From: Candidatus Hodarchaeota archaeon
GTDB taxonomy: Archaea > Asgardarchaeota > Heimdallarchaeia > Hodarchaeales > Hodarchaeaceae
NCBI GenBank assembly: GCA_029856365.1
Contig: JAHQWW010000056.1
Coordinates: 1-23,687, forward strand
Direction: 5' to 3'
DNA: 23,687 bases
The notes under the pieces: generated by a model
The model's input: only the letters and a program-made list of their open reading frames with translations
What the model was told of the DNA's origin: nothing
Database searches by the model: none
Part shown: one piece after another, positions 1 to 8,945 of the stretch
How positions within the stretch are numbered: position 1 is the first letter of the stretch
How the letters are laid out: every line of letters begins with the position of its first letter
Translations under genes and position numbers: made by a program

Positions 1-248
1 AAATTCAAAAGCTAGCAAATATTACAAAAGAACTCCTTTTAGCTTATCTTGACGAGATTGAAGAGCGAATCACTAATTTCATTGAAAATACTAATGATGA
101 AGATTTGTTCGAAAAGGATGGATTTGATCCGCATTTAAAAAGCATCTTAGAAAAACTGTTATACTTACTAAGACATAATATGCACCATATAGGAGAATTA
201 AATAAAGCTCTAAGGGACTGGAATTGCCAACGAATAAGTTGGTGTTAA
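1..248 (+). CDS. DinB/YfiT-family putative metalloprotein, 5'-truncated at the window edge
   Basis: Not in the ORF track. The frame from base 3 reads IQKLANITKELLLAYLDEIEERIT...LLYLLRHNMHHIGELNKALRDWNCQRISWC* with TAA at 246-248. HxxHHxGE in a C-terminal helix is the DinB-superfamily signature. Confidence 0.75.
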   Translation, partial: IQKLANITKELLLAYLDEIEERITNFIENTNDEDLFEKDGFDPHLKSILEKLLYLLRHNMHHIGELNKALRDWNCQRISWC

Positions 249-285
249 GTAAATTAAGATTAATATCCTAAAGGAATTAAAAACA

Positions 286-1083
286 ATGGATTGGTCAATA
301 GAAGACCTGAATACATTCCGACAACAGCAGCAGGCTCAAGAAATCGAACTTAATGACACTAAGTGGGAATTTTATGACATTGGAGAAAAAAACTCTGAAT
401 TTTCTATTGTGTTTTTACATGGCACAACTGGTACTAAAGAGATTTTTTGGTTACCAATGAGATCATTTATGAATAAATATCGCGTAATAAGTTTTGATTT
501 ACCCCCTATAGTCGGAATCGAAAACCTATCACTAGGAATACATGAAATACTAATCAGAATCGATATACAAAAAATAATATTAATTGGAACTTCGTTTGGT
601 GGTTATCTGGCTCAACATTTCTGTTCTAAATATAACGAGATGGTTGAAAAACTTGTACTTTCAAATACATTCATAACAACCCACCTTTATCATCAGAAAT
701 ACAAAAAATTACTCTCGATTGAGAAATTAATTCCCTTTTTTTTGATAAAAAGATTTATGAAAAGAAGTTTAATGACATTAGAGCATGACCAAGCTCGTGA
801 GTACCTTATCGTTCAATTAGAACAAAGTTTAACCAAAAAAGCATTGATGGCACGTCTAAAGAGCTTTATTACAACTAGAACCATTGAAGTTGCCCCGTCA
901 GATCAAGTTCTAATAATTGAGACGGAAAACGACCCATTAGTTCCTAAACAACTACAAAACGAATTGAAAGAAGCATACCCTCATGCGATCGTAAAAAGTT
1001 TTAACAAGAAAGCAAACCATTTTCCGTATCTCACAATGAGTGATGATTATAGTCAAATTCTAATTGATTTTTTAAAGAGATGA
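286..1083 (+). CDS. Alpha/beta hydrolase, maspardin (SPG21/ACP33)-like
   Basis: Has FLHG oxyanion motif, GTSFGG nucleophile elbow, ENDPLV acid and NHFPYL His. Blocks WEFYDIG, GTKEIF, YRVIS, LVLSNTF, LMARL, YPHA and FPYL match remembered maspardin blocks in order. Confidence 0.8.
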   Translation: MDWSIEDLNTFRQQQQAQEIELNDTKWEFYDIGEKNSEFSIVFLHGTTGTKEIFWLPMRSFMNKYRVISFDLPPIVGIENLSLGIHEILIRIDIQKIILIGTSFGGYLAQHFCSKYNEMVEKLVLSNTFITTHLYHQKYKKLLSIEKLIPFFLIKRFMKRSLMTLEHDQAREYLIVQLEQSLTKKALMARLKSFITTRTIEVAPSDQVLIIETENDPLVPKQLQNELKEAYPHAIVKSFNKKANHFPYLTMSDDYSQILIDFLKR

Positions 1084-1109
1084 ACTACTAGATAGAGATT
1101 AAACTTATC

Positions 1110-1117
1110 TTTTTTTT
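1110..1117 (+). terminator. Possible archaeal oligo-T terminator
   Basis: T8 run beginning 27 nt after the stop of 286..1083. Confidence 0.35.
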
Positions 1118-1178
1118 ACCAATCCTCACAGCAGTAAAATCTTTCAACCTATAATACAATAAATAGGAAGAAATAAGA

Positions 1179-1613
1179 ATGAATAACGTTGAAAAAGCTG
1201 TTTCTTGTTTTAAAACCAAATTTAATTGCTCTCAAGCAATTTTTTCAACTTATGGGCCAGAATCAGGCATTGATCGAGATTCTTGTTTGAAAATAGCAGA
1301 GATTTTTGGGGGCGGAATGGCTTATATGGGTAACATATGTGGTGCGGTTACTGGCGCATTCATGGTCATTGGCCTTAACTATGGAAGAATAAGAGATGAT
1401 GATGAAGAAGTAAAAGAAAAAGCATATAATGGCGCTATACAATTTGTCGAAAAATTCAGAACCCGAAATAGTACCATTCTGTGCAAAGAACTGATTGACT
1501 TCGATTTAAGTACGCCAGAGAAAAGGGAACTCGCAAGAGAAAAAAATGTTTTTGATAAATGCCTAAAATTTGTTCACGATGCGGCTGAGATACTCGAGGA
1601 GATTATTTCATAA
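1179..1613 (+). CDS. C_GCAxxG_C_C family putative redox-active protein
   Basis: FNCSQA, FGGGM..GNICGAVTGA, CKEL and a C-terminal Cys (DKC) match the family cysteine pattern; 144 aa. Confidence 0.88.
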   Translation: MNNVEKAVSCFKTKFNCSQAIFSTYGPESGIDRDSCLKIAEIFGGGMAYMGNICGAVTGAFMVIGLNYGRIRDDDEEVKEKAYNGAIQFVEKFRTRNSTILCKELIDFDLSTPEKRELAREKNVFDKCLKFVHDAAEILEEIIS

Positions 1614-1737
1614 ACAGAAAGTTCACAAACACAAACTATTATCCGTATCTCACTATAGGTGATGATTATTTTTAAATCCTGATCGATTGCATAATTTAGA
1701 GGGGTTAATTGCTTTACAAGAAAAGGATGAAAGCCAA

Positions 1738-2574
1738 ATGAATAACCTAAAACAACAGAGATTACAGACATCAATAGCTGATTTATCTTATTATCGAACC
1801 AAAACTCTGGAGTATAATTTTGATATTTTATTTATTCATGGATTGGGGGGAAACAAGGAATGGTTTCCAAGGCATTATGATTTGTATTCCATTGATAAAT
1901 TTTCATGGATTGTCCCAGATCTCATTGGTCATGGAAATTCAGCAAAACCAGACACACAAAAAGCTTATTTGATGGATCAACAAGCTAAGAATTTATATCA
2001 AGTTTTGATAAAAGAGAAAGTAAAATCACTTGTGATAATTGCTCATTCAATGGGTGGACCTATAGCAATATCTCTCATTGAACAATTAATCCAAGAGAAA
2101 GATCGAAAAGTTAAGCTACTAGGCTTATTTTATTTGGAAGGGAATTTAGATAAGAATGATACCTTTTTTTCTTCCCAAATCGCAAAATACTCATATAAAG
2201 AATACGAGAAAGAATTTAACTCTTGGATAAAAACACTCAATAAGAAGACCAAAGGAAAACTAGTGGAATTTATAGCTGAACTTCAAAAAATAGGCCCATT
2301 CCCCTTATGGGCTACAAGTGTGTATCTGGTTTCAGTTTCATTGAGTAACCAGCTCTTACCTCGATTACAATCTGCATTAAAAGAGTTTACCTGTCCAGTT
2401 TATTTCATATACGGAGAAAAAAATAAGGGATTATTTTCTTCCGAAACATTGGTCAAACAAGCTCAATTACCGCTAATATTTATCCCTGAAGCTGGTCATG
2501 TTATGTTTGAAGACAACCCAATTGCTTTTTGGAAGGTTATAAAGCAATCGCTACGTCAATTAGAGACTCAATGA
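1738..2574 (+). CDS. Alpha/beta fold hydrolase
   Basis: FIHGLGG, PDLIGHGNS, AHSMGG nucleophile and AGHVMFED His. The in-frame ATG at 1738 is preferred over the TTG at 1687. Confidence 0.85.
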   Translation: MNNLKQQRLQTSIADLSYYRTKTLEYNFDILFIHGLGGNKEWFPRHYDLYSIDKFSWIVPDLIGHGNSAKPDTQKAYLMDQQAKNLYQVLIKEKVKSLVIIAHSMGGPIAISLIEQLIQEKDRKVKLLGLFYLEGNLDKNDTFFSSQIAKYSYKEYEKEFNSWIKTLNKKTKGKLVEFIAELQKIGPFPLWATSVYLVSVSLSNQLLPRLQSALKEFTCPVYFIYGEKNKGLFSSETLVKQAQLPLIFIPEAGHVMFEDNPIAFWKVIKQSLRQLETQ

Positions 2575-2616
2575 ATGCTTATTTGAATTAAATATATCAA
2601 AGAAGAATTGAGAATT

Positions 2617-3927
2617 CTACACTGGTTTCAAATAACCCCACTTTTCTAGGGCCTTTTGAAGCTCAGAATGCGATTTGGCTTTCTCTTCAAGTGAAATTCC
2701 TTCACGCCAAGCATCAATCGCTTGGACAGTAGCTTTAGTACCTGAATAGGTGCCTTCAGGATGACCATGAATACCACCACCGACTTGTAGGATCATATCA
2801 GTGGTTCCATATACAGTTAGAACTTCTGGAAGAACTCCTGGATGCAATCCACCGGAAGCAACTGGTAAAGTAGGTTTAAGGTTCCCCCATGATTGAGCAA
2901 GTCTTCTTCCCTTATCCTCACTGATTTCTTGATTAAGCAAAAGATCTCTCATATCTAGCACATCCTCTTTCGGACTATCAAGTTTACCTACGACGGTACC
3001 AATATGGATATTATCGACTCCAATAAGTCTCATTAATTTGGCTAAGAAATACATACTTATACCGTGCGTATAGTGTTTTGTGAACGTTGCATGCATAGCA
3101 CGGTGCGCATGTATGGCCATATCTAGATCGTCTACTAAATTTCTAAGGGTTTGAACGCTTGCAAAACCAGTGGTTACTACATCAACCATGAAATATTTAA
3201 ATCCATGATCATGAATAACCTTCACACGATTCTCCATTTCATACGTTTCTGCAGTCACATTGATGAGTGCATCTTTCATTTCACCAGTTTCATTTTCAGC
3301 TTTATCTCGTGTCTTTGCCATCTGTTCAACACGTTTCTCAAAGATATTAAACGACTGAGAGGTGAGATTCTCGTCATCTTTAACCAAATCACCCCCAGCG
3401 CTCCAAAAGTCCCAGGCAATTTCACAATGCTGTTCTACAGTCAGACCAACTTTAGGTTTGGGAACACAGGCTAGTAATGGTCCTTCTTTCTTTTTGAAAA
3501 TTTTCTGAATAGCCTCAACTCCCATATAAGGGCCCTTAGATCCTTTAATGTATTCCAAAGGAAGAGTGGCATCTATCAATCGTAAATTCTTAATTGCTTT
3601 CATTCCAAAGATATTACCTGCTATCCCCGACATCAGTTGTGGTACATTATCTTGCTCCCATAAAATCAAAGGATAAGCAATCTTAACTAAATTTAGATGT
3701 TCATCATTCCAGAAGGCACGTCCTCGCATATCATATATTCGATTATCTAGTGTCTCCAAAGTAGTCCAAGTTCCAATTGAAGATTCTGATGCTAATCTTC
3801 CAATAGTATCATCAACCGAGACCTCTTCTGATTTATCAAAATAATAAAGAGCGATTAGATCATCCTTTTTTGGACTGTATTTCCGATCAATAAAATCATG
3901 ATACCACTCTATTTTCTCTTTCACCAA
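2617..3927 (-). CDS. rbcL: Form III ribulose-1,5-bisphosphate carboxylase large chain
   Basis: ASESSIGTWT, AGNIFGMK, KPKVG, GGDLVKDDENLT, HAHRAMH, HIGTVVGKL, ASGGLHPG and GGGIHGHP are all present, so it has a full catalytic set rather than a form IV pattern. N-terminus resembles Pyrococcus/Archaeoglobus form III. Start is TTG 3927 or GTG 3924, with SD-like GAGAGGT upstream. Confidence 0.96.
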   Translation of the reverse strand: MVKEKIEWYHDFIDRKYSPKKDDLIALYYFDKSEEVSVDDTIGRLASESSIGTWTTLETLDNRIYDMRGRAFWNDEHLNLVKIAYPLILWEQDNVPQLMSGIAGNIFGMKAIKNLRLIDATLPLEYIKGSKGPYMGVEAIQKIFKKKEGPLLACVPKPKVGLTVEQHCEIAWDFWSAGGDLVKDDENLTSQSFNIFEKRVEQMAKTRDKAENETGEMKDALINVTAETYEMENRVKVIHDHGFKYFMVDVVTTGFASVQTLRNLVDDLDMAIHAHRAMHATFTKHYTHGISMYFLAKLMRLIGVDNIHIGTVVGKLDSPKEDVLDMRDLLLNQEISEDKGRRLAQSWGNLKPTLPVASGGLHPGVLPEVLTVYGTTDMILQVGGGIHGHPEGTYSGTKATVQAIDAWREGISLEEKAKSHSELQKALEKWGYLKPV

Positions 3928-3984
3928 AATAAAAACCTCTCACATGATAAATAGAATTTTAACAATTGGTTGCTTCAATAATTG

Positions 3985-3998
3985 CTTAAAGTTTTTTC
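3985..3998 (-). promoter_or_regulatory. Putative BRE plus TATA box for rbcL
   Basis: Minus strand reads GAAAAAAC-TTTAAG about 60 nt upstream of the rbcL start. Confidence 0.45.
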
Positions 3999-4036
3999 AT
4001 TAATACAGATTATTCTACATTAAATGTAAATTATTA

Positions 4037-5272
4037 TTAACCAGCTTCAATGTTTGTATAAGGGATACTGGTATCATAATCAACCTCTTCCGCTCCAACC
4101 ATTCGCTTCCAACGTGCTACCATCCAATGGAAAGCCTCTTCTGTATCAGAATCCATTGAGAAATGATCCTCTGCTTGATAATTAAATAATCGAAGTGTTG
4201 ATATTTTAGATTCATATTTCGCTTCCAGTCTTCCGATAAAAATCCCACGATAAAGGAGAGGATAGACATAATAACCCCATTTCCGATCCTGAGGTTTTTT
4301 ATAGACTTCCCACATATAATCAAAATCAAACAGCTTATTCAGAAGTTGCCTATCCCAAATAAGTGGATCTAAAGGGCCAATAACTCTCATCTCATCATCA
4401 AGAGATTCTTGACTCATTTCACCCCAGTTCGAAGGAACAATGTATCCCATGGCCTCGACCTTGAGTTGAATAAGTGAAGGAGTCAATCTATCTATATTTT
4501 CTTCACTTAAAAGCCTATCAGGAGAGAGATTAATTTTCTTGCCAAATTTTATTCCCTTCTTTTTAATTGATAATCGTCCTGTAGAAATGACTGGAAAACT
4601 CTGTAACTTGAGAATTAACTTTAGATGTTGCTGTTCCTCTTCCGAATAACTCTGTTTAACTAGTGCAGACTCTTCGACATAACGTTCAATCACATCGTAT
4701 GTTTTTCGGAAATTTTCATCGCGTATAACCGCAAGTTTGCCCATAGCCCATAAAAGCTCAAGAGCTGTCCCTGAATTTCGACTTGTTTTCCATACTGCAT
4801 ATTTAGGATCAGCTTTACCTAAACTAACTAAGTCTGAACTTCTTGTAATTCCCTGTTTTTGAACATAATTCAACACTTGATCAAGCATATCAGGATGAGT
4901 TTGCTCAAGTATCCTTAATGCACGACTATAATATCTATCAAGATGGTTGCGATCAAGCGTTTGAGAGTAAAAGAGAGGAAAATGTTCTATATGAATCGCA
5001 TTTAAATTATGAAAATATGTTTCAAATACCAATTTCTCAGGATAGACAGTTCTTTCAAATTCTCCCTGATGATAATCGTGTATTCGTGAGCTGAAAAAAA
5101 GATCATGATATCTACTAGCAGGATTGATTAGATCCAATTGCACAAACCCTTGTTCTCTAATAACTTTTCTGATACCATCCTGTTCTTTGCTTTGCCAGCG
5201 ATGGAGATGACATCCTACTAATAATATTCGTTTTAATTCGTGATTGCTAATCTCAGGAATTTTTAATACCAT
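4037..5272 (-). CDS. ycaQ: YcaQ-like (HTH_42/AlkZ superfamily) interstrand-crosslink DNA glycosylase
   Basis: N-terminal VQLD (QxD motif) followed by INPASRYHDL. C-terminal PLDPLIWDR...FDYMWEVYKKPQDRKWGYYVYPLLY...IGRLE is typical of YcaQ; 411 aa. Confidence 0.85.
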   Translation of the reverse strand: MVLKIPEISNHELKRILLVGCHLHRWQSKEQDGIRKVIREQGFVQLDLINPASRYHDLFFSSRIHDYHQGEFERTVYPEKLVFETYFHNLNAIHIEHFPLFYSQTLDRNHLDRYYSRALRILEQTHPDMLDQVLNYVQKQGITRSSDLVSLGKADPKYAVWKTSRNSGTALELLWAMGKLAVIRDENFRKTYDVIERYVEESALVKQSYSEEEQQHLKLILKLQSFPVISTGRLSIKKKGIKFGKKINLSPDRLLSEENIDRLTPSLIQLKVEAMGYIVPSNWGEMSQESLDDEMRVIGPLDPLIWDRQLLNKLFDFDYMWEVYKKPQDRKWGYYVYPLLYRGIFIGRLEAKYESKISTLRLFNYQAEDHFSMDSDTEEAFHWMVARWKRMVGAEEVDYDTSIPYTNIEAG

Positions 5273-5812
5273 TTTAATTCACATATTAGAGGAGGCCACA
5301 GAATCTTAATTGTAAGACATAATTTTCTCCATAACTGAAATTCAGAAAAATAGATTATTATTAATGCATAAAGTTTTACCAATAAACTAAATTTTTTGTT
5401 TGAGACCACAGATCCAAATATCAAGTAAAGCCTTATACAGCTACTCGTCATTAGCGTAGGATAATAAGCACTAGCTGAACCATTTCACTTTCCTGATAGG
5501 TAGTTCTCCTATTCTAAACAAATTCTATAGGAATTAATACAGGTTCTAAAAAAAAGCACAATTTTAATCTAATTGATATCCATATCCAATTCAGAGAGAT
5601 TTTTAAGTAAAAATTTGTTTTATTCAAATTTGAAGACTTTTCAGCTGTGAACATTGAATATCCAACCGATTAATTTAAAGAGATTATATTATTTATGTGA
5701 AATCAATCTTGTGCAAAGAATTTGGTTTGTAACATATCTCTGAAAAATAACTAACAGATCCCAGCTCAATTTTTTTTTTACTTTTCATAGAATTAAAACA
5801 GGGAATAAGAAT

Positions 5813-8797
5813 ATGGTTGAAGAAAAATCGATTATCAGAAGCCTCCCAAAGAATGGACTCACGAATGTTGAAGTAATTGAAAGACAAAAACGCTTCGGAA
5901 TAAATAAACTTCCTGAAAAGATAGGACGGGGGCCCTTTGTTATTTTTTTATCACAATTTGAGAATCCACTCATTTATATAATCTCTATCGCAGCTATCAT
6001 CTCCCTTGTTTTAGAAGAGTTCGGGGATGCCCTAATTATAGGATTAGTAATATTCCTAAATACAGTTGTCGGATTCTTCCAAGAATATAGAGCAGAAAAA
6101 ACAATGTCTGCTTTAAGGCAATTATTGAAACCCACAGCGAAAGTAATAAGAGAAGGGAATATTGTAGAGGTAGAAACGACCGAAATTGTCCCTGATGATA
6201 TGATTCTCTTGAATCCTGGTGATAAAATTCCTGCGGATGGAGAATTGATCGAATCGATAAATCTCTCTATTAATGAGGCCATACTTACTGGAGAAAGTGA
6301 ATCCGTAATTAAGGCCATTAATGATACTGTTTACATGGGAACTACTGTAATGGCGGGTAGAGGGTTGATGAAAGTTACCTTTATTGGAATAGATACAGAA
6401 CTGGGTAAAATAGCAACTTCTCTTGCTGAGATTCAAGATGAAATTACTCCATTGCAAGTAAGACTTCAAAATTTTGGAAAAACATTGACCTATTTTGTTA
6501 TTATCATATGTATTGTCATTTTCTCAACAGGGGTCTTATTAACTTTCAATTTTGTCGATATGATTAGAATCTCAGTCATTCTAGCCATTGCAGCTATTCC
6601 AGAAGGTCTTATAATTGCGGTTACAATGATTCTTGCTATTGGAATGCACAGAATTTTACAAAGAAAAGGTTTAGTCAGAAAACTTCTAGCGGTAGAGACA
6701 CTTGGCTCGGTTACGACTATCTGTACTGACAAAACAGGAACATTAACCGAGGGGACCATGCAGGTTGTGAGAACTGATTTCAGATCAGAAAAAATGGCTA
6801 TATTTATAATGGCATTGTGTAACAACCTTGAGGATTCTCTGGAGGTTCAGCTGTGGAAACATATAGAAATCATGAAGATGGATCCCCAAGAACTCTCTAA
6901 TAAATGTAGACGTGTCGACGAAATACCATTCTCAAGTGAGAACAAATACATGATGACTACTAATATCATTAATGGTACTGAGGTCGGTTTGGTCAAAGGG
7001 GCACCAGATATCGTAATGGGATTCTGTAAACTAAATCCTGATGAAAAACAAAAGCTCATCATTCAATTTGAAGAATGGGCGAGTATGGGATTGAAATTAC
7101 TCGGATTAGCCTATAAGCAGGAGGGAATCCTTAGGAATGTTAGAGGTTATACTTGGGTCGGTCTAATTGGGATTGAAGATCCCGTGAGACCATCAGCAAA
7201 AGATGCGATTATCCTCTGCCGTCGTGCGGGAATTAAAGTTAAAATAATTACAGGAGATTACCAAAAAACTGCAATAAAAGTAGCAGCGAATCTTGGTTTG
7301 GTCGTTGGGTCCGATAGAATATTGGAAGGGTCAGAAATCGAAACAATGAATGAATCGGAACTGATGGAAGTTGTTGACGATATTGTCATATTCTGTCGAG
7401 TTACGCCACATCACAAACTAAGAATAGTGACAGCTCTTCAAAATTGTGGTGAACAAATAGCTATGATCGGAGACGGTGTGAATGATGCTCCTGCTCTCAA
7501 AAAAGCAAATATTGGTGTTTCAGTGGGAGGAGCTACCGATGTGGCTCAAGAAACCGCTAGCCTTATTCTTTTAGATAATAATTTCAAAACACTTGTTGAT
7601 TCTGTGGAAGAAGGGAGAGTCATCTTCGACAATATTAAAAAGGTTGTTGCATTTGTACTTTCTAATTCTTTTGCCGAAATTACCATAATTTTCGTAGCTT
7701 TCATTTTAGGATGGCCTGTTCCCTTAACTATAGCTCAAATCTTATGGATTCACCTAATATGTGATGGACCATCCGACATCGCGCTTGGTTTTGAACCAGG
7801 AGAGAAAGGAATCATGGATGAACCACCGAGAAGCATCAAAGAAAATATTCTAGACAATAAGGGGAAATTACTCATCATAGCTATCAGTTCTATATCTGCA
7901 ATTTTCTGTTTACTCTTATTTAGTTACTTCAATAATATTGTTGAAAACGAAAAATTAGCTAGAACGCTTGTATTCACCATTTTAGCAATTCAATCATTAA
8001 TCTACATTTTCTCATTCCGGAGTCTTAGACGATCCATCTTCAAATCAGGTAATTTTTTCTCGAATAAACCCCTAATTTTTTCCGTAGTTCTGGGCATAGG
8101 CCAAGTATTTGTTGCGCTCTACATTCCATTTTTTAATGATATATTGGACGTGGTTCCGTTAGATTTTACAAGTTGGGTTATAGTACTTAGCGTTTCTTTT
8201 TGTATGGTAGCCATTGTAGAAATTGTCAAGTTCATTGATAGTAGATTGTTTCGAGCAACACCTCTTCAAAACATATTTGCAAATATTGAGCGAGTCCAAC
8301 AAAAATTACCTAAAATACATAATTTGCATAATATTTCAATCGATATCATGGAAGATAAAACATTGATTCAATTCCATTTTTATATACCAGCTGAAACTAC
8401 CTTAGAGATTGCGCATGAAGTAGCAAAAAGCATTGAAGAGAAAATTGCTGATGAATTTCCCATTTCTCTTCGTAAAAACCTAGAGATTATTAGCCACATT
8501 GAACCAACCCAATTACAACCAGGAAGAATTCATTCCCATCCTACCCCCATAATCTCTCCAAGTTTTCAGGATATCATTCAGACGATAGTCAAAGAAATTC
8601 CTCAAATAAAAGGATGGGATCACGGAACTGTACTTCAAGACGAAGGAAATATTTCCATATCTATGACGGTTTATCTAGAAGGAACTATGAATATCATCCG
8701 AGTGCACAATATAACTGAAGAAATAGAAACTAAGCTTAGGAGAAATATTCCCTCTCTTAAACGATGTTTTATTCATTCCGAACCCTATATACCATAA
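5813..8797 (+). CDS. P2-type cation-transporting ATPase with two C-terminal CDF-type (ZT_dimer) domains
   Basis: PGDKIPADG, LTGES, AAIPEGL, DKTGTLT, KGAPD, DPVR, TGD and GDGVNDAPALK in a 10-TM layout. An extra ~180 aa C-terminal tail has two repeats ending HIEP and HSEP. Confidence 0.93.
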   Translation: MVEEKSIIRSLPKNGLTNVEVIERQKRFGINKLPEKIGRGPFVIFLSQFENPLIYIISIAAIISLVLEEFGDALIIGLVIFLNTVVGFFQEYRAEKTMSALRQLLKPTAKVIREGNIVEVETTEIVPDDMILLNPGDKIPADGELIESINLSINEAILTGESESVIKAINDTVYMGTTVMAGRGLMKVTFIGIDTELGKIATSLAEIQDEITPLQVRLQNFGKTLTYFVIIICIVIFSTGVLLTFNFVDMIRISVILAIAAIPEGLIIAVTMILAIGMHRILQRKGLVRKLLAVETLGSVTTICTDKTGTLTEGTMQVVRTDFRSEKMAIFIMALCNNLEDSLEVQLWKHIEIMKMDPQELSNKCRRVDEIPFSSENKYMMTTNIINGTEVGLVKGAPDIVMGFCKLNPDEKQKLIIQFEEWASMGLKLLGLAYKQEGILRNVRGYTWVGLIGIEDPVRPSAKDAIILCRRAGIKVKIITGDYQKTAIKVAANLGLVVGSDRILEGSEIETMNESELMEVVDDIVIFCRVTPHHKLRIVTALQNCGEQIAMIGDGVNDAPALKKANIGVSVGGATDVAQETASLILLDNNFKTLVDSVEEGRVIFDNIKKVVAFVLSNSFAEITIIFVAFILGWPVPLTIAQILWIHLICDGPSDIALGFEPGEKGIMDEPPRSIKENILDNKGKLLIIAISSISAIFCLLLFSYFNNIVENEKLARTLVFTILAIQSLIYIFSFRSLRRSIFKSGNFFSNKPLIFSVVLGIGQVFVALYIPFFNDILDVVPLDFTSWVIVLSVSFCMVAIVEIVKFIDSRLFRATPLQNIFANIERVQQKLPKIHNLHNISIDIMEDKTLIQFHFYIPAETTLEIAHEVAKSIEEKIADEFPISLRKNLEIISHIEPTQLQPGRIHSHPTPIISPSFQDIIQTIVKEIPQIKGWDHGTVLQDEGNISISMTVYLEGTMNIIRVHNITEEIETKLRRNIPSLKRCFIHSEPYIP

Positions 8798-8945
8798 GAG
8801 ATTCTCTCATGGATCCAAAGGGTTGAAAACAAAAAAAAAGATAAATTTCATCAAATGATGACACTAGGGTTTTATTCTTTGGAGTAATAATTGTTCTCCT
8901 TATTGGATATTATCTAAGAATTATAATTTAAGGAGTTTTTCCTTT

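Noticed and set aside
1659-1682. GTGATGA-N13-CTGA resembling half of a C/D-box sRNA or a K-turn
   Set aside because: There is no second C'/D' pair, and the would-be guide (TTATTTTTAAATC) is low-complexity AT. Compatible with chance.
3151-3474. Antisense or alternate-frame ORFs in the track (e.g. 3151..3474, 5974..6318, 6490..6825, 11800..12255, 16361..16669, 21598..21891, 22573..22854)
   Set aside because: They are shadows of well-supported genes and have no motifs of their own.
2617-3927. Calvin-cycle carbon fixation locus
   Set aside because: No small subunit, phosphoribulokinase or activase genes are present, and the sequence is form III.
5425-5520. Possible metal or fluoride riboswitch in the 540-bp ycaQ/ATPase gap (GCTAATGAC and GAGTAGC on the minus strand)
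   Set aside because: Only short fragments match, the required 5' elements and pairings are missing, and it is on the wrong strand for the ATPase. An Rfam/Infernal scan would settle it.
5623-5634. 12-bp palindrome TTCAAATTTGAA upstream of the ATPase
   Set aside because: AT-rich, short and about 180 nt from the start; expected by chance at this composition.
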